DNA of 64,000 nucleotides from Methanobacteriota archaeon (GCA_963720465.1 OY970393.1:352001-416000); one strand, 5' to 3'. Counted from the stretch's first letter, positions 1 through 10,936 are shown. Numbers and translations are program-made. The notes: generated from the sequence alone by a model not told the origin.

Positions 1-6
1 GCCGCG

Positions 7-909
7 TTATGAATTCTCCACCTGCCAGAGCGCTTGCGCGAGCATCTCATAGACTTCCGCCGTTTCACCCTGATGCGGCATTCTGCCGAGCTGCTCTGCG
101 GCTGAAGCTAAGCGTCTGAGCACATCAGGGATAGCTTTCTCCGGAACCGATCGCACCTTTGCACCGCGGTAGTTGCTCAAAATGGCTTGTATCGCCTTTG
201 GAAGACGTCTTACGTCAATACTTCCGTCTTCCAGCATGAAAGGCAGTTTCCACGTCGCGGGCCGATTTGCATCTCCGACATAAGCAAAGCACTGTGCGGG
301 AAGGCAATATTTTGGATGAAGCAGTTGCGCACTTGGATCCTCTCCTGTGCTCGCTACTGGTGTGACTGATGCTGATTTAAGGAGTGTAAGTGGCTCACCC
401 TCTGGCCCCGTGCGCGGTCGGTAGACGCCGTGCTCGCTAAGCCACCACAAGTCGTTATGAGGCTCCTTAGATTCCAAAGAGACAAAGACTCGGTCGCGTA
501 AGCCACCTCCCTCGATGTTAGCAGCATAAAACATCATTCCATCGCTAACGGCAATGCATTTCACTTTCTGCTCGTCTGCATAGCGACGCACTTGCTCAAG
601 GGCGCTATGCACAGCAGCTCGGTTCCATGCAAGAGCACCGGGGCGTTTCGTCTCGACGATGCAGTATTTAATTCCAAGACGCGTGACGACAATATCAGCG
701 TAGTCGACCTGATTGTTTATGTCACCAAGATTCCATCCGAGGGCTATCGTGAAGAGATCTTCCACGATATTCTCAGCAACGCGCTCTGATGCCTCGCCAA
801 AGCGACCCTGCTGTCTAAGGCGCTCGCTCCGCTTCGCGCTGAAGGCCGGCCAGTTTGTAGTAAGGTGCGTCTCAAAGCGCTTGTACGAGGCGAGGTTTCG
901 ATATGACAT
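7..909 (-). CDS. Putative PD-(D/E)xK nuclease-fold protein (type I restriction enzyme R N-terminal-like)
   Basis: 300-aa ORF with 'YADIVV...IVETKRP...ALEQVRRYA...IAVSDG' motifs resembling HsdR_N-type domains. Confidence 0.55.
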   Translation of the reverse strand: MSYRNLASYKRFETHLTTNWPAFSAKRSERLRQQGRFGEASERVAENIVEDLFTIALGWNLGDINNQVDYADIVVTRLGIKYCIVETKRPGALAWNRAAVHSALEQVRRYADEQKVKCIAVSDGMMFYAANIEGGGLRDRVFVSLESKEPHNDLWWLSEHGVYRPRTGPEGEPLTLLKSASVTPVASTGEDPSAQLLHPKYCLPAQCFAYVGDANRPATWKLPFMLEDGSIDVRRLPKAIQAILSNYRGAKVRSVPEKAIPDVLRRLASAAEQLGRMPHQGETAEVYEMLAQALWQVENS

Positions 910-1096
910 GGTCTGGTATTAATGGTCGAGCGAGATAAAGCGTTTTTCGATTTGAGTTTGGCTTGAGCTAATCTTGATAGTTTGGCTCCAACGTTAAGTA
1001 GGATGGCGCGACGAACAACTTATGTCAGTCGTTGCCAAGATCTCTGTGTTCTTCGCAGCTAATCTCAAGTCATACAAACAGGGGGGGTGAGATCCA

Positions 1097-2149
1097 ATGA
1101 ACCGCAAAGGAGTTTCCTACGACGTTGGGCGCGTGATGGGTGGCAATTGGCACCCTACATTTGACCTGAAAATAATCCACCGTGAACTTGAGATAATTAA
1201 AAATGACCTGCACTGTAATGCCGTCAGAATCTGCGGCCTAGATATCAATCGGCTGATGAAGGCGAGCGAAGTCGCACTCAACCAAGGCTTGGAAGTGTGG
1301 CTTTCGCCGGAGATGTGGAACAAAAGTCAAACAAAGACGCTCAACTATATTGTGAGGGCCGCGGCGGCGGCTGAAAACCTGCGCGGAGAGCGGCCAGAAC
1401 AACTATTTTTGAGCGTTGGTTCTGAACTCACACTTTTCATGCAAGGCATCGTGCCGGGCAATACGTTCATGAAGAGGCTCCGGAATCCATCACTGAGGGA
1501 GATTGTCAATGCCGGCGAACACAACAAGCCGCTCAATGCGTTCTTGGCCGGCGTGAAAAACTCAGTAAGGAAAGTCTTTCACGGGCAACTCACGTATGCG
1601 TCGCTACCGTGGGAGGCGGTTGACTGGAGCCTGTTCGACTTCGTGGGCGTCGACCATTACCGGGATGCGGGCATTGAAGACCGGTATGTCGACATGCTCA
1701 AGCCGCTTTTTGCTTATGGAAAGCCGGTCATCATCACGGAGTTCGGCCATAACACTGTTCGAGGCACCACAGGGTCAGGCGCCATAGGATCGCAGATGAT
1801 AGGAAATGTCGACTATAAAACGCTGTTCCTGCATCGCATACCATTATTGGGCCGATTTGTGCGACCACGGCTAAACGGTGAATACGTGCGCGACGAAGCG
1901 TTGCAAGCGCGCGAACTGATTAAGACGCTCGGCATACTTGATGCCACGGGCGTTGACGGCGCGTTTGTGTTTACCTTTGCTTTCCCTATTTACACGTATG
2001 ATAGCGATCCCCGATACGACCTCGACATGGCCAGCACGAGCTTAGTTAAAAGTTATGGCGATGGCAAACACGGTGCAACCTATCCAGACATGCCGTGGGA
2101 ACCAAAGGAGTCGTTCAGAGCTTTGGCCGACTACTACGGCACGCATTAA
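1097..2149 (+). CDS. Glycoside hydrolase-like TIM-barrel protein, function unknown
   Basis: 350-aa ORF with RBS GGGGTGA; 'LSVGSEL', 'FDFVGVDHY', 'KPVIITEFG' resemble clan GH-A catalytic motifs. Confidence 0.6.
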   Translation: MNRKGVSYDVGRVMGGNWHPTFDLKIIHRELEIIKNDLHCNAVRICGLDINRLMKASEVALNQGLEVWLSPEMWNKSQTKTLNYIVRAAAAAENLRGERPEQLFLSVGSELTLFMQGIVPGNTFMKRLRNPSLREIVNAGEHNKPLNAFLAGVKNSVRKVFHGQLTYASLPWEAVDWSLFDFVGVDHYRDAGIEDRYVDMLKPLFAYGKPVIITEFGHNTVRGTTGSGAIGSQMIGNVDYKTLFLHRIPLLGRFVRPRLNGEYVRDEALQARELIKTLGILDATGVDGAFVFTFAFPIYTYDSDPRYDLDMASTSLVKSYGDGKHGATYPDMPWEPKESFRALADYYGTH

Positions 2150-2750
2150 GCTTAGAGTTGCGTAATCCCGTAAAGAAGATAGCTAAATCGGCAACGCTTC
2201 TTCAGGCGTTGGAGAACGCCGTTCGCCCATTCCGGCGCGCAAAATGCGCTGTCTTTTTCGTGCGCGGGTGCGCAGAGTAACACACTAAAGTTGTTATAAA
2301 TCTTAAAATAGCTACATGCGCTAGTGCATGTTGCCTCGGTTAAATCACTAAGGTCGTTAACGGAACCTCGGTTGATTCCACAGAAAGGGTCGATGCATGG
2401 GTTGTCTCACGCTTATCGTGAGCTTGTTGGTTCTGTGGAAAAAGAGACACGTTGGCTATGTCGCGAAGGGCAAAAAGTTAACGACCTTAGACTATTTCTC
2501 TAATTGTCGGTCGAAGTGACAACGCTGTAGTTCTCACGTGTTCTTGTGCCACAACAAGCGCTGCAATCCTATCTGATCGGTGGGGCCTGCAAAAGGAACA
2601 CTCTACGGGCCCCAATCGCTGAATTGGAGATCCAAAATGACACTAGAAGGGTCATCCGCTGACTAGGAGCGCACATATTAAACACCCCTACTCTCAAGCT
2701 CGCGCAGATACAATCGGTGCCTTTGAGCGCTCTGATTCAGGGAGTATCAT

Positions 2751-3311
2751 TCAGCGTAGAAGGCTTACGCTTTTAAGCTCCTTAACGATTCGATCGACCG
2801 CATTAGCCGCATCTTCGGGCTTTCGGCAGCCGGTTATAACCAGTTTGCCGGAACCAAACAAAAGAATCACTACTTTAGGATCCGATAACCGGTAGACGAG
2901 GCCGGGAAACTGTTCGGGCTCGTACTCAATGTTCTCAAGCCCGAGACCGATGGCAATTGCGTTCAAATCCAAAACTGAGTGAAGATCTGCTGTCGCGACG
3001 ATGTTTTGCACCTTAATCTCCGGCGTCCCCTTCACGTCGATTCCGATATTTCGTAGACTTTGAAATACGTTTTCAACGCCTTTATGAACCTCATCTATGC
3101 TCTTTGCACCCGTACAGACAATTTTTCCCGATCGAAAAATTAACGCGGCGGTCTTCGGGTCCTTGGTGCGGTAAACGACGCCCGGAAACCGTTCAGGATC
3201 ATAATCTGCATCCTCTAACGCAAGCGTGGCTTGCTTGAGGTTTATCTCTATTCCGATGCCGGTTGAGGCTACCACATTTACAATCTTAATAGTGTCCCGC
3301 GGTTCAACCAT
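2751..3311 (-). CDS. tbp: TATA-box binding protein
   Basis: Two TBP repeats (NVVAS...YDPERFPGVVYR...LIFRSGKIVCTG; NIVAT...YEPEQFPGLVYR...LLFGSGKLVITG). Confidence 0.97.
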   Translation of the reverse strand: MVEPRDTIKIVNVVASTGIGIEINLKQATLALEDADYDPERFPGVVYRTKDPKTAALIFRSGKIVCTGAKSIDEVHKGVENVFQSLRNIGIDVKGTPEIKVQNIVATADLHSVLDLNAIAIGLGLENIEYEPEQFPGLVYRLSDPKVVILLFGSGKLVITGCRKPEDAANAVDRIVKELKSVSLLR

Positions 3312-3825
3312 ACGCTCCCCATGTTGGTTTATAAAGGCTTAAGCTAGGGAGCATGGAGAGCTGCGCGCGTTTGATACGTCGAAAAAGAAGGGAGTTATCC
3401 AAACTGCCTTAGCGTGCACGCTGTGCGCTCACACTTTGAGATAAACGCCGTCTAAACGGTCGCGTATACATCCTTCTTTTGTGCCGAAAATAGTCTATAA
3501 CGCCGTGATATTGGGCACAATCGTAGCACTTTAGCCGTATCTGACCACTGAAAACGGCCCGAAAAATCGCGGAGCCCGCGACGGCCTTAGTCACTTCTCA
3601 AAATAGTGAAAGAGTTCGCAAAAACGGCCTCTTGTATATGCTATATTGTATACCTCTATTTTATGTATCCGGCCTCGTTGCGTGTTCTTTTCGCCAGTTC
3701 TTGGCTCCTAACTCGTTATTTTGATTAGGTCATAGCGAATTTATAGTTTGGCGCAAAATATTAAGCAATTCATTACTGTCGCTGCTATTCAGGTTTGTAT
3801 CAGATTGAATTTAGGGGAAGAACGC

Positions 3826-5865
3826 ATGGAAATAAAATACGTGCCGACAACGTGTCCCTATTGCGGGGTCGGCTGCGGACTTAACCTGGTGGTTAAGGAC
3901 GGCGACCTCGTCGGGGTTGAGCCGTGGAAGAGAAGTCCCGTAAATGAGGGAAAACTCTGTCCTAAAGGCCTCTCATGCTGGGAATTCGTGCACGATGAGG
4001 ATAGGCTCACGACTCCGTTGATCCAGAAAGATGGCGAGTTTGTTAAGGCTACTTGGGACGAAGCGCTCGATCTTGTGGCTTCGCGATTAACGACAATTCA
4101 CGAAGCAAACGGCCAGAACTCGGTCGCGTTTCAGGTGTCGTGCAGAACCACGAACGAAGAATGCTACGAGATGCAAAAACTGGCGCGCGTCGGATTCAGG
4201 ACCAACTACGTCGATAATTGCGCGCGCATTTGTCACGGTCCCTCTGTCGCTGGACTCTCGTTATCCTTCGGTTCGGGCGCGGCAACAAATGGTTTTGCAG
4301 ACGCTCTGAACGCGGATTGCATCTTCATGATCGGCTCAAATGCGTTAGAAGCGCACCCGCTCGCTGCGCGAAGGATTATCCAGGCCAAAGAAAAGGGCGC
4401 GCACCTAATCGTCTGCGATCCACGGTACTCAATGACGGCGAAGCAGGCGGATACATACATGCGTTACAAGCCTTCCTCTCAAATTGCCTTGCTTAATTCA
4501 ATGATGTATTGGATTATTGCGCAAGACTTGCACGATAAGGACTTCATCGCAAATCGGACGAAGGGATTTGAAGACCTAAAGGCGACGGTTCAGAAGTACG
4601 CAGACGTGAAAGCTAGAACAGGGGTGCCTACTGAGTTAGTGAAAGAAGTGGCGCGGAAATACGCGGCCGCTAAAAATGCCGTAATTATCTACTGCCTCGG
4701 CATTACCGAGCAAACAACTGGGACGGATAACGTTATGTCGCTCGGGAATCTTGCGATGTTGACGGGAAACATCGGAAGACCCGGGGTTGGCGTCAATCCG
4801 CTTAGAGGTCAAAACAACGTCCAGGGCGCCTGCGACATGGGGGCCTATCCGAATGTGTATTCCGGCTATCAGAAATGCGAAGTTCCTGAGAATCGCGAGA
4901 AGATGGAGAAGGCGTGGGGCGTCGAGGGACTTCCTGGTGAATATGGGTTGACCCTGACCGAGCAAATAGACGCATGCGGCGACGAGATAAAGGCTATGGT
5001 CATCATGGGTGAAAACCCGATGATGTCGTTCCCAGATTCCAACCACGTCCGCAGGCAACTTGAGAAACTCGATTTTCTTGTGACGTTGGACATCTTTCCA
5101 ACAGAAACGACGAAACTCGCCGATGTCATACTCCCGGGCGCGTGCTTTGCGGAAAAGGACGGCACGTTTACCAGTGGTGAACGCCGAGTGCAGCGTATAA
5201 GAAAGGCAGTTGATCCGCCAGGCGAGGCCAAAGCTGACTGGGAAATTTTAACGGATCTCGCTCACAAACTCGGCTTAGAGGGCTTTGAGTTCACAAGTGT
5301 CGAGGACGTCTTTGACGACATGCGAAAAGTGACGCCTTCGTACGCAGGGATATCTTATCAGCGACTCGAGAAACCCGAAGCCCTTATATGGCCGTGTCCA
5401 ACGGTAGAACATCCAGGAACGCCGATTCTCCACAAAGAGAAATTCGCGTCGCCGGACGGGCTAGGGGCCTTCTATGGCATAGAAGACAGACTTCCTGCGG
5501 AGCTGCCAGATGCCGAGTACCCGTTTGAACTCATGACGGGCCGGATCTTGTTCCACTACCACACCGGAACTATGACGAGGCGATCACCAACGCTTGACCA
5601 TGAAGTCCCAACGGGATATATTGAGATCAGTGTTGAAGATGCGAAAGAGCTTGGCATACAACAAGGTGACCGCGTAAAGCTTCGAAGTCGTCGCGGTGAG
5701 GCTGAAACGCTTGCACGCGTCACGAGCGATATGCCTAAAGGCGTGCTGTATATGAGTTTCCACTTCAGCGAAGGCCCTGCTAACGTTCTGACGAACACGG
5801 CACTGGATCCAATGTCAAAGATGCCAGAGCTGAAGTACTGCGCTGTGGCGCTTGAGAAAGCGTGA
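3826..5865 (+). CDS. fdhA: Formate dehydrogenase alpha subunit (Mo/W-bisPGD, Cys form)
   Basis: TTCPYCGVGC Fe-S motif, GKLCPKG, CARICHGPS (Cys, not Sec), PLRGQNNVQGACDMG; start set at ATG 3826 after GGGGAAG. Confidence 0.95.
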   Translation: MEIKYVPTTCPYCGVGCGLNLVVKDGDLVGVEPWKRSPVNEGKLCPKGLSCWEFVHDEDRLTTPLIQKDGEFVKATWDEALDLVASRLTTIHEANGQNSVAFQVSCRTTNEECYEMQKLARVGFRTNYVDNCARICHGPSVAGLSLSFGSGAATNGFADALNADCIFMIGSNALEAHPLAARRIIQAKEKGAHLIVCDPRYSMTAKQADTYMRYKPSSQIALLNSMMYWIIAQDLHDKDFIANRTKGFEDLKATVQKYADVKARTGVPTELVKEVARKYAAAKNAVIIYCLGITEQTTGTDNVMSLGNLAMLTGNIGRPGVGVNPLRGQNNVQGACDMGAYPNVYSGYQKCEVPENREKMEKAWGVEGLPGEYGLTLTEQIDACGDEIKAMVIMGENPMMSFPDSNHVRRQLEKLDFLVTLDIFPTETTKLADVILPGACFAEKDGTFTSGERRVQRIRKAVDPPGEAKADWEILTDLAHKLGLEGFEFTSVEDVFDDMRKVTPSYAGISYQRLEKPEALIWPCPTVEHPGTPILHKEKFASPDGLGAFYGIEDRLPAELPDAEYPFELMTGRILFHYHTGTMTRRSPTLDHEVPTGYIEISVEDAKELGIQQGDRVKLRSRRGEAETLARVTSDMPKGVLYMSFHFSEGPANVLTNTALDPMSKMPELKYCAVALEKA

Positions 5866-5879
5866 GGAGGTACACAAAG

Positions 5880-7028
5880 ATGGTTAAAGTAGGTGATATG
5901 TTCTACGCGCAAGCAGCCGATATTTCCATTCAGAAAAAAGGTGAGTGTGGCGGCGCCGTTACCGCGACGCTGAAGTACCTGCTCGAGAACAAGCTTGTCG
6001 ACGGGGTGCTCGCGATGAAACGCGGTGTGGACATCTATGACGGCGTGCCGACGCTCGTTACCGATCCGGCGAGGATTACAGAGCTTTCGGGGTCGCTGCA
6101 CTGCGCTCCTGTCATTCAGTCAAACGTGCTTTTCAAGTACCTCAACGGCGCTCAGGACATGAAGCTCGCTGTCGTTGGCGTCGGGTGTGATTCGCTCGCT
6201 ATGCAAGTACAGATACGAAAAGAAGAATTGAACGCTGACAACCTCGTCCGTATTGGCCTCAACTGCGGGGGAACCTTCCCACCGGTGCAGGCCCAGGAAA
6301 TGATCCAGAAGTTCTACGAGACCGATCCGATGGACGTCGTCAAGAGTGAGATTGCTAAGGGGAACTTCATCATCGAGACGAAGGACCACGAGCACAAGGA
6401 GTTTAAGATCGACGATCTTGAAGAGCAGGGCTACGGCCGACGGGCAAGCTGCCGCCGTTGTGAAGAGAAGATCCCGAGAACGATGGACCTCGCGTTCGGG
6501 AACTGGGGAGTCATCGGTCCTGACGCGGGTAAGGCCACATTTGTCGAGGTCTGCTCTGCGGCGGGGGCGCAACTGCTCGAGGACGTTGTCAATGCTGGTG
6601 CCCTGACGACGAAGGATCCACTTCCAAAGGGGATTGAGATTCGAGCAAACGTCGAAAAGGCGATGCTTAAGCTCGGGGCCAAGTGGCAGGCGCACGACTT
6701 CCTGAGCGGTGAGGAGCGCGATGAGTTCTGGCTCGAGCAGTTCGCGAAATGCATAAAATGTGGAGGCTGCTGGAAGGCGTGTCCCGTTTGTACGTGCGAT
6801 GATTGCAAACTTGAGAGCTGTGAGCCGCGCTGGGTTGAAAGCGGTATTCCTCCTTCGCCGAAGCTGCAGTACACTCGGGCGGCACTTATGGATGCCGACT
6901 GCGTGGACTGTGGTCAGTGCGAGGACGCATGTCCTATCGAGATTCCCCTTTCGTCGTTCTTCCACCAATCGACCAAGAACACGGCTAAGCTCTTGGCGAG
7001 ATTCGATGAAATAACCGCCACTCGATAA
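5880..7028 (+). CDS. fdhB: F420-type formate dehydrogenase beta subunit (FrhB/FdhB family)
   Basis: GECGGAVT, GSLHC, IGLNCGGT, CRRC and two C-terminal CxxCxxCxxxCP motifs; follows fdhA with RBS GAGGAGG. Confidence 0.92.
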   Translation: MVKVGDMFYAQAADISIQKKGECGGAVTATLKYLLENKLVDGVLAMKRGVDIYDGVPTLVTDPARITELSGSLHCAPVIQSNVLFKYLNGAQDMKLAVVGVGCDSLAMQVQIRKEELNADNLVRIGLNCGGTFPPVQAQEMIQKFYETDPMDVVKSEIAKGNFIIETKDHEHKEFKIDDLEEQGYGRRASCRRCEEKIPRTMDLAFGNWGVIGPDAGKATFVEVCSAAGAQLLEDVVNAGALTTKDPLPKGIEIRANVEKAMLKLGAKWQAHDFLSGEERDEFWLEQFAKCIKCGGCWKACPVCTCDDCKLESCEPRWVESGIPPSPKLQYTRAALMDADCVDCGQCEDACPIEIPLSSFFHQSTKNTAKLLARFDEITATR

Positions 7029-7228
7029 AGAACGTCGATTTAGCAGACTTTGGGAGCCTTCTGTCCCCGGTTGATTTGTTAGAATTGTATGTCTCATGCT
7101 GGGCGCTTCGCGCGCTTGTTTATGTTTAGCCGCGGAAGGCGAATCATACCGATTAAGTGAGCAGTGCCGCTATCGCGGTTACTATGTTAGTTGCAGATCA
7201 TTACCAAGATCTTCGTCGTGATTATGCC

Positions 7229-7598
7229 ATGCCGAACTGCGAGCTGCTTGAGATTCATCGGAGCAAAATCTCGCTCCACCACGCCAAGGCAGGGTACGGC
7301 TACCCCGTAATACGCCTTCCCTTTACAGTCTCAAAGCTTGCAGGACTGTGGACGCGTATCTATCAGACGGTTCACGATGGGGCTCGCATTTCTTGTCGTT
7401 GTCTCTGGCGCAACCACAGAAAAAGGTGCTAACCAGTCTGAAGACGCCGTCCTAAGCGCCAAATTGCCCGTCTTGACATCGCGGAGGTCGCCGGTTCGAA
7501 TCCGGCCGAGCCCACTGTCCTTTTTCAAATCGAACACGCTACAGCCGTCTGTTTGGCATTTGTCGGGCGTGAGGATTGTGGCGAAAAAGGCACCATAG
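7229..7598 (+). pseudogene. Frameshifted element-associated ORF running through a tRNA-Val fragment (possible integrase N-terminal/att-associated remnant)
   Basis: ORFs 7157-7432 and 7338-7598 join by a frameshift near 7380 (…YQTVHDGA/LAFLVVVS…); reading frame crosses the tRNA 3' half. Confidence 0.45.
7472..7515 (+). mobile_element. 3' half of tRNA-Val(GAC), att-site remnant
   Basis: CTTGACATCGCGGAGGTCGCCGGTTCGAATCCGGCCGAGCCCA: GAC anticodon loop, T-arm GCCGG-TTCGAAT-CCGGC, acceptor 3' strand; no 5' half upstream. Confidence 0.8.
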
Positions 7599-7670
7599 GG
7601 GTGCGGCGTACTCCTGAGCGTCTTTGCCGCCCGCGGATTCATCTTTTCACTGCATCACTTGCAATCGCTG

Positions 7671-8381
7671 TCAGCCGCCGATCAGCAATCCTATCAGGAC
7701 ACCCGCGATAGCTGCGGCGGTTGCGATGGCTAGGGTCTCCAGTACCGTCCTTCCCACCGCGCGTTTGCCTATCCTTGCCCTGAAGAGACCGAGCAGGATC
7801 AGGAGGGTAGCGGTTCCCATGATACAGATTATCCGGGCCTCGGCAAACGGCAGAAATACGAAAGGTATCACTGGGGTGAATCCGGCTGTAAGATCCGTGA
7901 TCCCCATCCAGCCGGTTTGCACGAGCGCGGAGTCTTTCCCGGAGGTGGAGGTCTCCTCACTGGCGACCGCGTCCTCGAATGTGCAGATCGCCAGGGGGTT
8001 AGCCTGTATATCAGTCCGGATCGTATCGAGGCATTTACTGCTCAGGCCTGCCCCCTGCAGCACGCCCATCAGCTCGTTCACTGCATGGTCAGGATCACGA
8101 CGGATCTCGGCTTCCCGTTGCTTTGCTTCCACCCGGGCTTCGTCTCTCTCGGACTCGAGATCGAGGTAAAGCCCCGCCATCATCGAGACCGACGCCGCAA
8201 CGGCGGCCGTAGCACCTGCAAGAAACACGGCACTTCCGGACTGGGCGCCTACTGCGACACCGAGCACGAGCCCGAAGATCGAGACGGCACCATCCTCCAT
8301 GCCGTATACGATGTCCCCCGCAGAGCCGCTGAGTGATTCCCTCATCCGGCTGAGGAATGACGGGCTGGTTACTTCGATCAT
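7671..8381 (-). CDS. VIT1/CCC1 family metal transporter
   Basis: 'DIVYGMEDGAVSIFGLVLGV', 'SVSMMAGLYL' VIT1 motifs, multiple TM helices. Confidence 0.88.
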   Translation of the reverse strand: MIEVTSPSFLSRMRESLSGSAGDIVYGMEDGAVSIFGLVLGVAVGAQSGSAVFLAGATAAVAASVSMMAGLYLDLESERDEARVEAKQREAEIRRDPDHAVNELMGVLQGAGLSSKCLDTIRTDIQANPLAICTFEDAVASEETSTSGKDSALVQTGWMGITDLTAGFTPVIPFVFLPFAEARIICIMGTATLLILLGLFRARIGKRAVGRTVLETLAIATAAAIAGVLIGLLIGG

Positions 8382-8622
8382 GCCCGGATCAACCTCAACA
8401 TATCAAAATCATAGCTCCCCGTCCGCTCTGCAAACCCCCCGGACGCTTGCGCTGTGGGTGTAGCGCTTACCGGCATGACAAGCACCGCTGAACCGAGCAG
8501 CACGCTGATGACAACAAGTGCAGCAATAGTTTGTCTCTTCATCGTAGGTCATCCCATCATCTTCTTTCATCAGGCGGCTGCGATGCTGCAACCGCCGATT
8601 TGGCAAGCTAGAAATCATGATG

Positions 8623-8680
8623 CACTCGTTTAATAAACGTTGCCGTGCCTTATTTTGTCAATATTGCCTTATTTTGTCAA
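8623..8680 (-). promoter_or_regulatory. TATA-like promoter with tandem TTGACAAAATAAGGCA repeats
   Basis: Two 16-bp direct repeats at 19-bp period next to a TTTATTAA box; near-identical module at 13955-14011. Confidence 0.55.
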
Positions 8681-9404
8681 TTTAACGCCTTAAAGAGGCT
8701 TTTCTCGCACTGCTGTAACGCCACGAAAGCCTCGCCATTTTTACACAATACGGCTAACCAAACAATACGGCTAACCAATAGCCGCTTCACACGACCATCG
8801 AAGTGAGCGTTTCGACCATACTTTTGCGGTCAATCGACCCTGAGCGTTAGGTAGGCCGTCGCAACAATCACAGTGCCTGTAACTCCTGTATCAGATTCTG
8901 CACCTGCGGATAGAGCTGACCTTGCGCGGCACACGTCCGCACCCAGTCGTCGCTGCCCGGCTTTCCGGTCTTGGCACAGCCGTCCATCCGTGGCAGCAAG
9001 GCGCTCTTGAGTTGAGCATGCTGCACTACTAACGGAAAAGGCCCGATTCATATAGTAAACATTGGACATATATGCCGAAGACCAACTGATGCTCCTCGCC
9101 GCTTAGAGTTGAAGCTTTAGGTCACCGTGTTCGGAGATTATCGGAAAACACTTCTCTTTCGTTGTTCCCCAAAAACGAGCGCCAGCAAAGGTGGAGATCC
9201 TCCCCATGTAACCCCCCACTGCGAGGGTTCTCAGAGAAGAAAGAGGCACTAAGGAAGATTTCGTCCAATGTTCTAGTGACGCTAACACTCAGTCTTCGCG
9301 TGAAGCTGAGGTCTCTGATGAACTCTTCGAGGCTCTGAACAGCGGCGTTAAGACTGACCTAGACCTGTCCAAACCCTCGCCGCGTCTGTCACATCGATTC
9401 TGAC

Positions 9405-10121
9405 TTAGGCGCGCGGGCGCATAGACGCCGAAGGTTCTGCCGACCTCCTCGCCCAGCGGACGACGACATACTCGATCGGAGGAAGGAGCAGGTAAACCGC
9501 TGTGCTCCACGTCTTCCCCGTCAGGGCAAGAAGGACCGCGAGGAGGGAGACAAAAGGAACGACCAGGGCGCGGGCGCCAACCTGCCGGACAAAACCGGGG
9601 GTCATTCCGGGTTCAACCAGGCGATCTTTCCCCGTGGCGTACTTCCATTGCAGGAACATCCCCATCCCGAGTGCAAAAAGGTTCAGCTCGAATACGATCT
9701 GTCCGAGGGGGACATTAGGAAAAGCACCCGAAAACTGGGTGGAGAAAGGAAGGAGGGCGACGAACATAAGGGTCCCCATATTGAGCCAGACATACGTCCG
9801 GTTCAGGCGACTCACGGGGTGGAGCTCGATATGGTGGCTAAGCCAGAATGCCCCGAGGATCAGGAAGGCCAGCACATAATGGAAAAAATCAGAGTACAGC
9901 GAGAGGAGAAGGTTCGCAACGAAGGGTGTTGACTGGACCAGGTCCGCCTTCGCCGGTATGCTGATGCCTATGACAAGCAATGTCATCGAGAAGGCAAAGA
10001 TCCCATCCGTCAGGGCTTCCAGGCGGCTTTTGGTAAGGTGCATCACCTCACCTTCCAGATACCGGCTTTTGGCAAGGTCCACAGCCTCACCTAGCAGATT
10101 TTCTTTTTTCATGAAAAGCAA
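9405..10121 (-). CDS. TMEM175 family (DUF1211) membrane protein / K+ channel
   Basis: 'RLEALTDGIFAFSMTLLV' signature, 'FWLSHH', 'LLPFST'. Confidence 0.88.
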   Translation of the reverse strand: MLFMKKENLLGEAVDLAKSRYLEGEVMHLTKSRLEALTDGIFAFSMTLLVIGISIPAKADLVQSTPFVANLLLSLYSDFFHYVLAFLILGAFWLSHHIELHPVSRLNRTYVWLNMGTLMFVALLPFSTQFSGAFPNVPLGQIVFELNLFALGMGMFLQWKYATGKDRLVEPGMTPGFVRQVGARALVVPFVSLLAVLLALTGKTWSTAVYLLLPPIEYVVVRWARRSAEPSASMRPRA

Positions 10122-10936
10122 CCTAGGCTGTTAATTCCTGAAGGATTAATCTTTTGTTTTTCTCCCGCAACAGGTCAGACATGCGGGGATTTCGACGTCA
10201 TTCCCCCGTCTCAGGACAACGCCAGGGGCGCAAGGGATCCTGAGAAGTGCATGCCATTCTGACTGCGATCCACTGAAGACGGCACCCCACAGGTTGCTTG
10301 GCGGGACCCTGTCTTAAGCTGGTGCGATTGCGGTCGGAATAGCTCCATCGCAGCTCGCAGAAATCAGTAAACGATATCGTAAGCAGACAAGGAATCGTCG
10401 CAGCAACCGCCCATGCCCAGTCCCGATTCTCGCTCCAGCGGCGTCTACGTATTGCTGCACCTCAAAAAAGCACGGGATATGTGACGCAGACAAACTCGAC
10501 TGCAGCGTGAGCGTTCAGTGTCCCTCAGGATGAACCGTCTCCGAGGGCAAGCAGTAAACAAGTCGCGACGTTATGGGGGGTTGATCAACGAGTCGTTAAC
10601 GACCGCAGCAGCCACTGCGCACCGCCGTAATTTTCGGTCTCAACCTTTGGCTGCTACGCTGACGTGGCCGCCGAAAAACTTTTTAGGAAGTGCTCTACCA
10701 GTTGGGAAGCTTACCAATACCTGCGGGACCGTGTGCATGACGCTTGGCTACCTAATGGTACACGCCAGCAGCTTCGGCAAATTCTTAAAAGGATAGAAGT
10801 GCAGGTATATCAAAGTCGGGAATATGGGTGGGCGTATGAACAGTCGTGAGTATTCCGCACGCGTCTTCTAAGCTTTCGGCGCTTATCCCTGTTTTTTCAC
10901 CTTTTAGCCCCGGCAGGAGAGAGTAAAGCCACGATA

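Noticed and set aside
3541-3660. Patchy similarity to ~12090-12195 (ACTTCTCAAAA…CCTCTTGTAYATGCT)
   Set aside because: Only short words align; insufficient without a computed alignment.
6120-7097. 325-aa antisense ORF and similar long shadow ORFs (20755-21435, 35289-35990, 60405-61073, 25380-25952, 25413-25955)
   Set aside because: They overlap well-supported genes in other frames or strands and show no recognisable motifs.
7472-7515. Functional tRNA-Val gene
   Set aside because: No acceptor 5' strand or D-arm upstream; only the 3' half is present.
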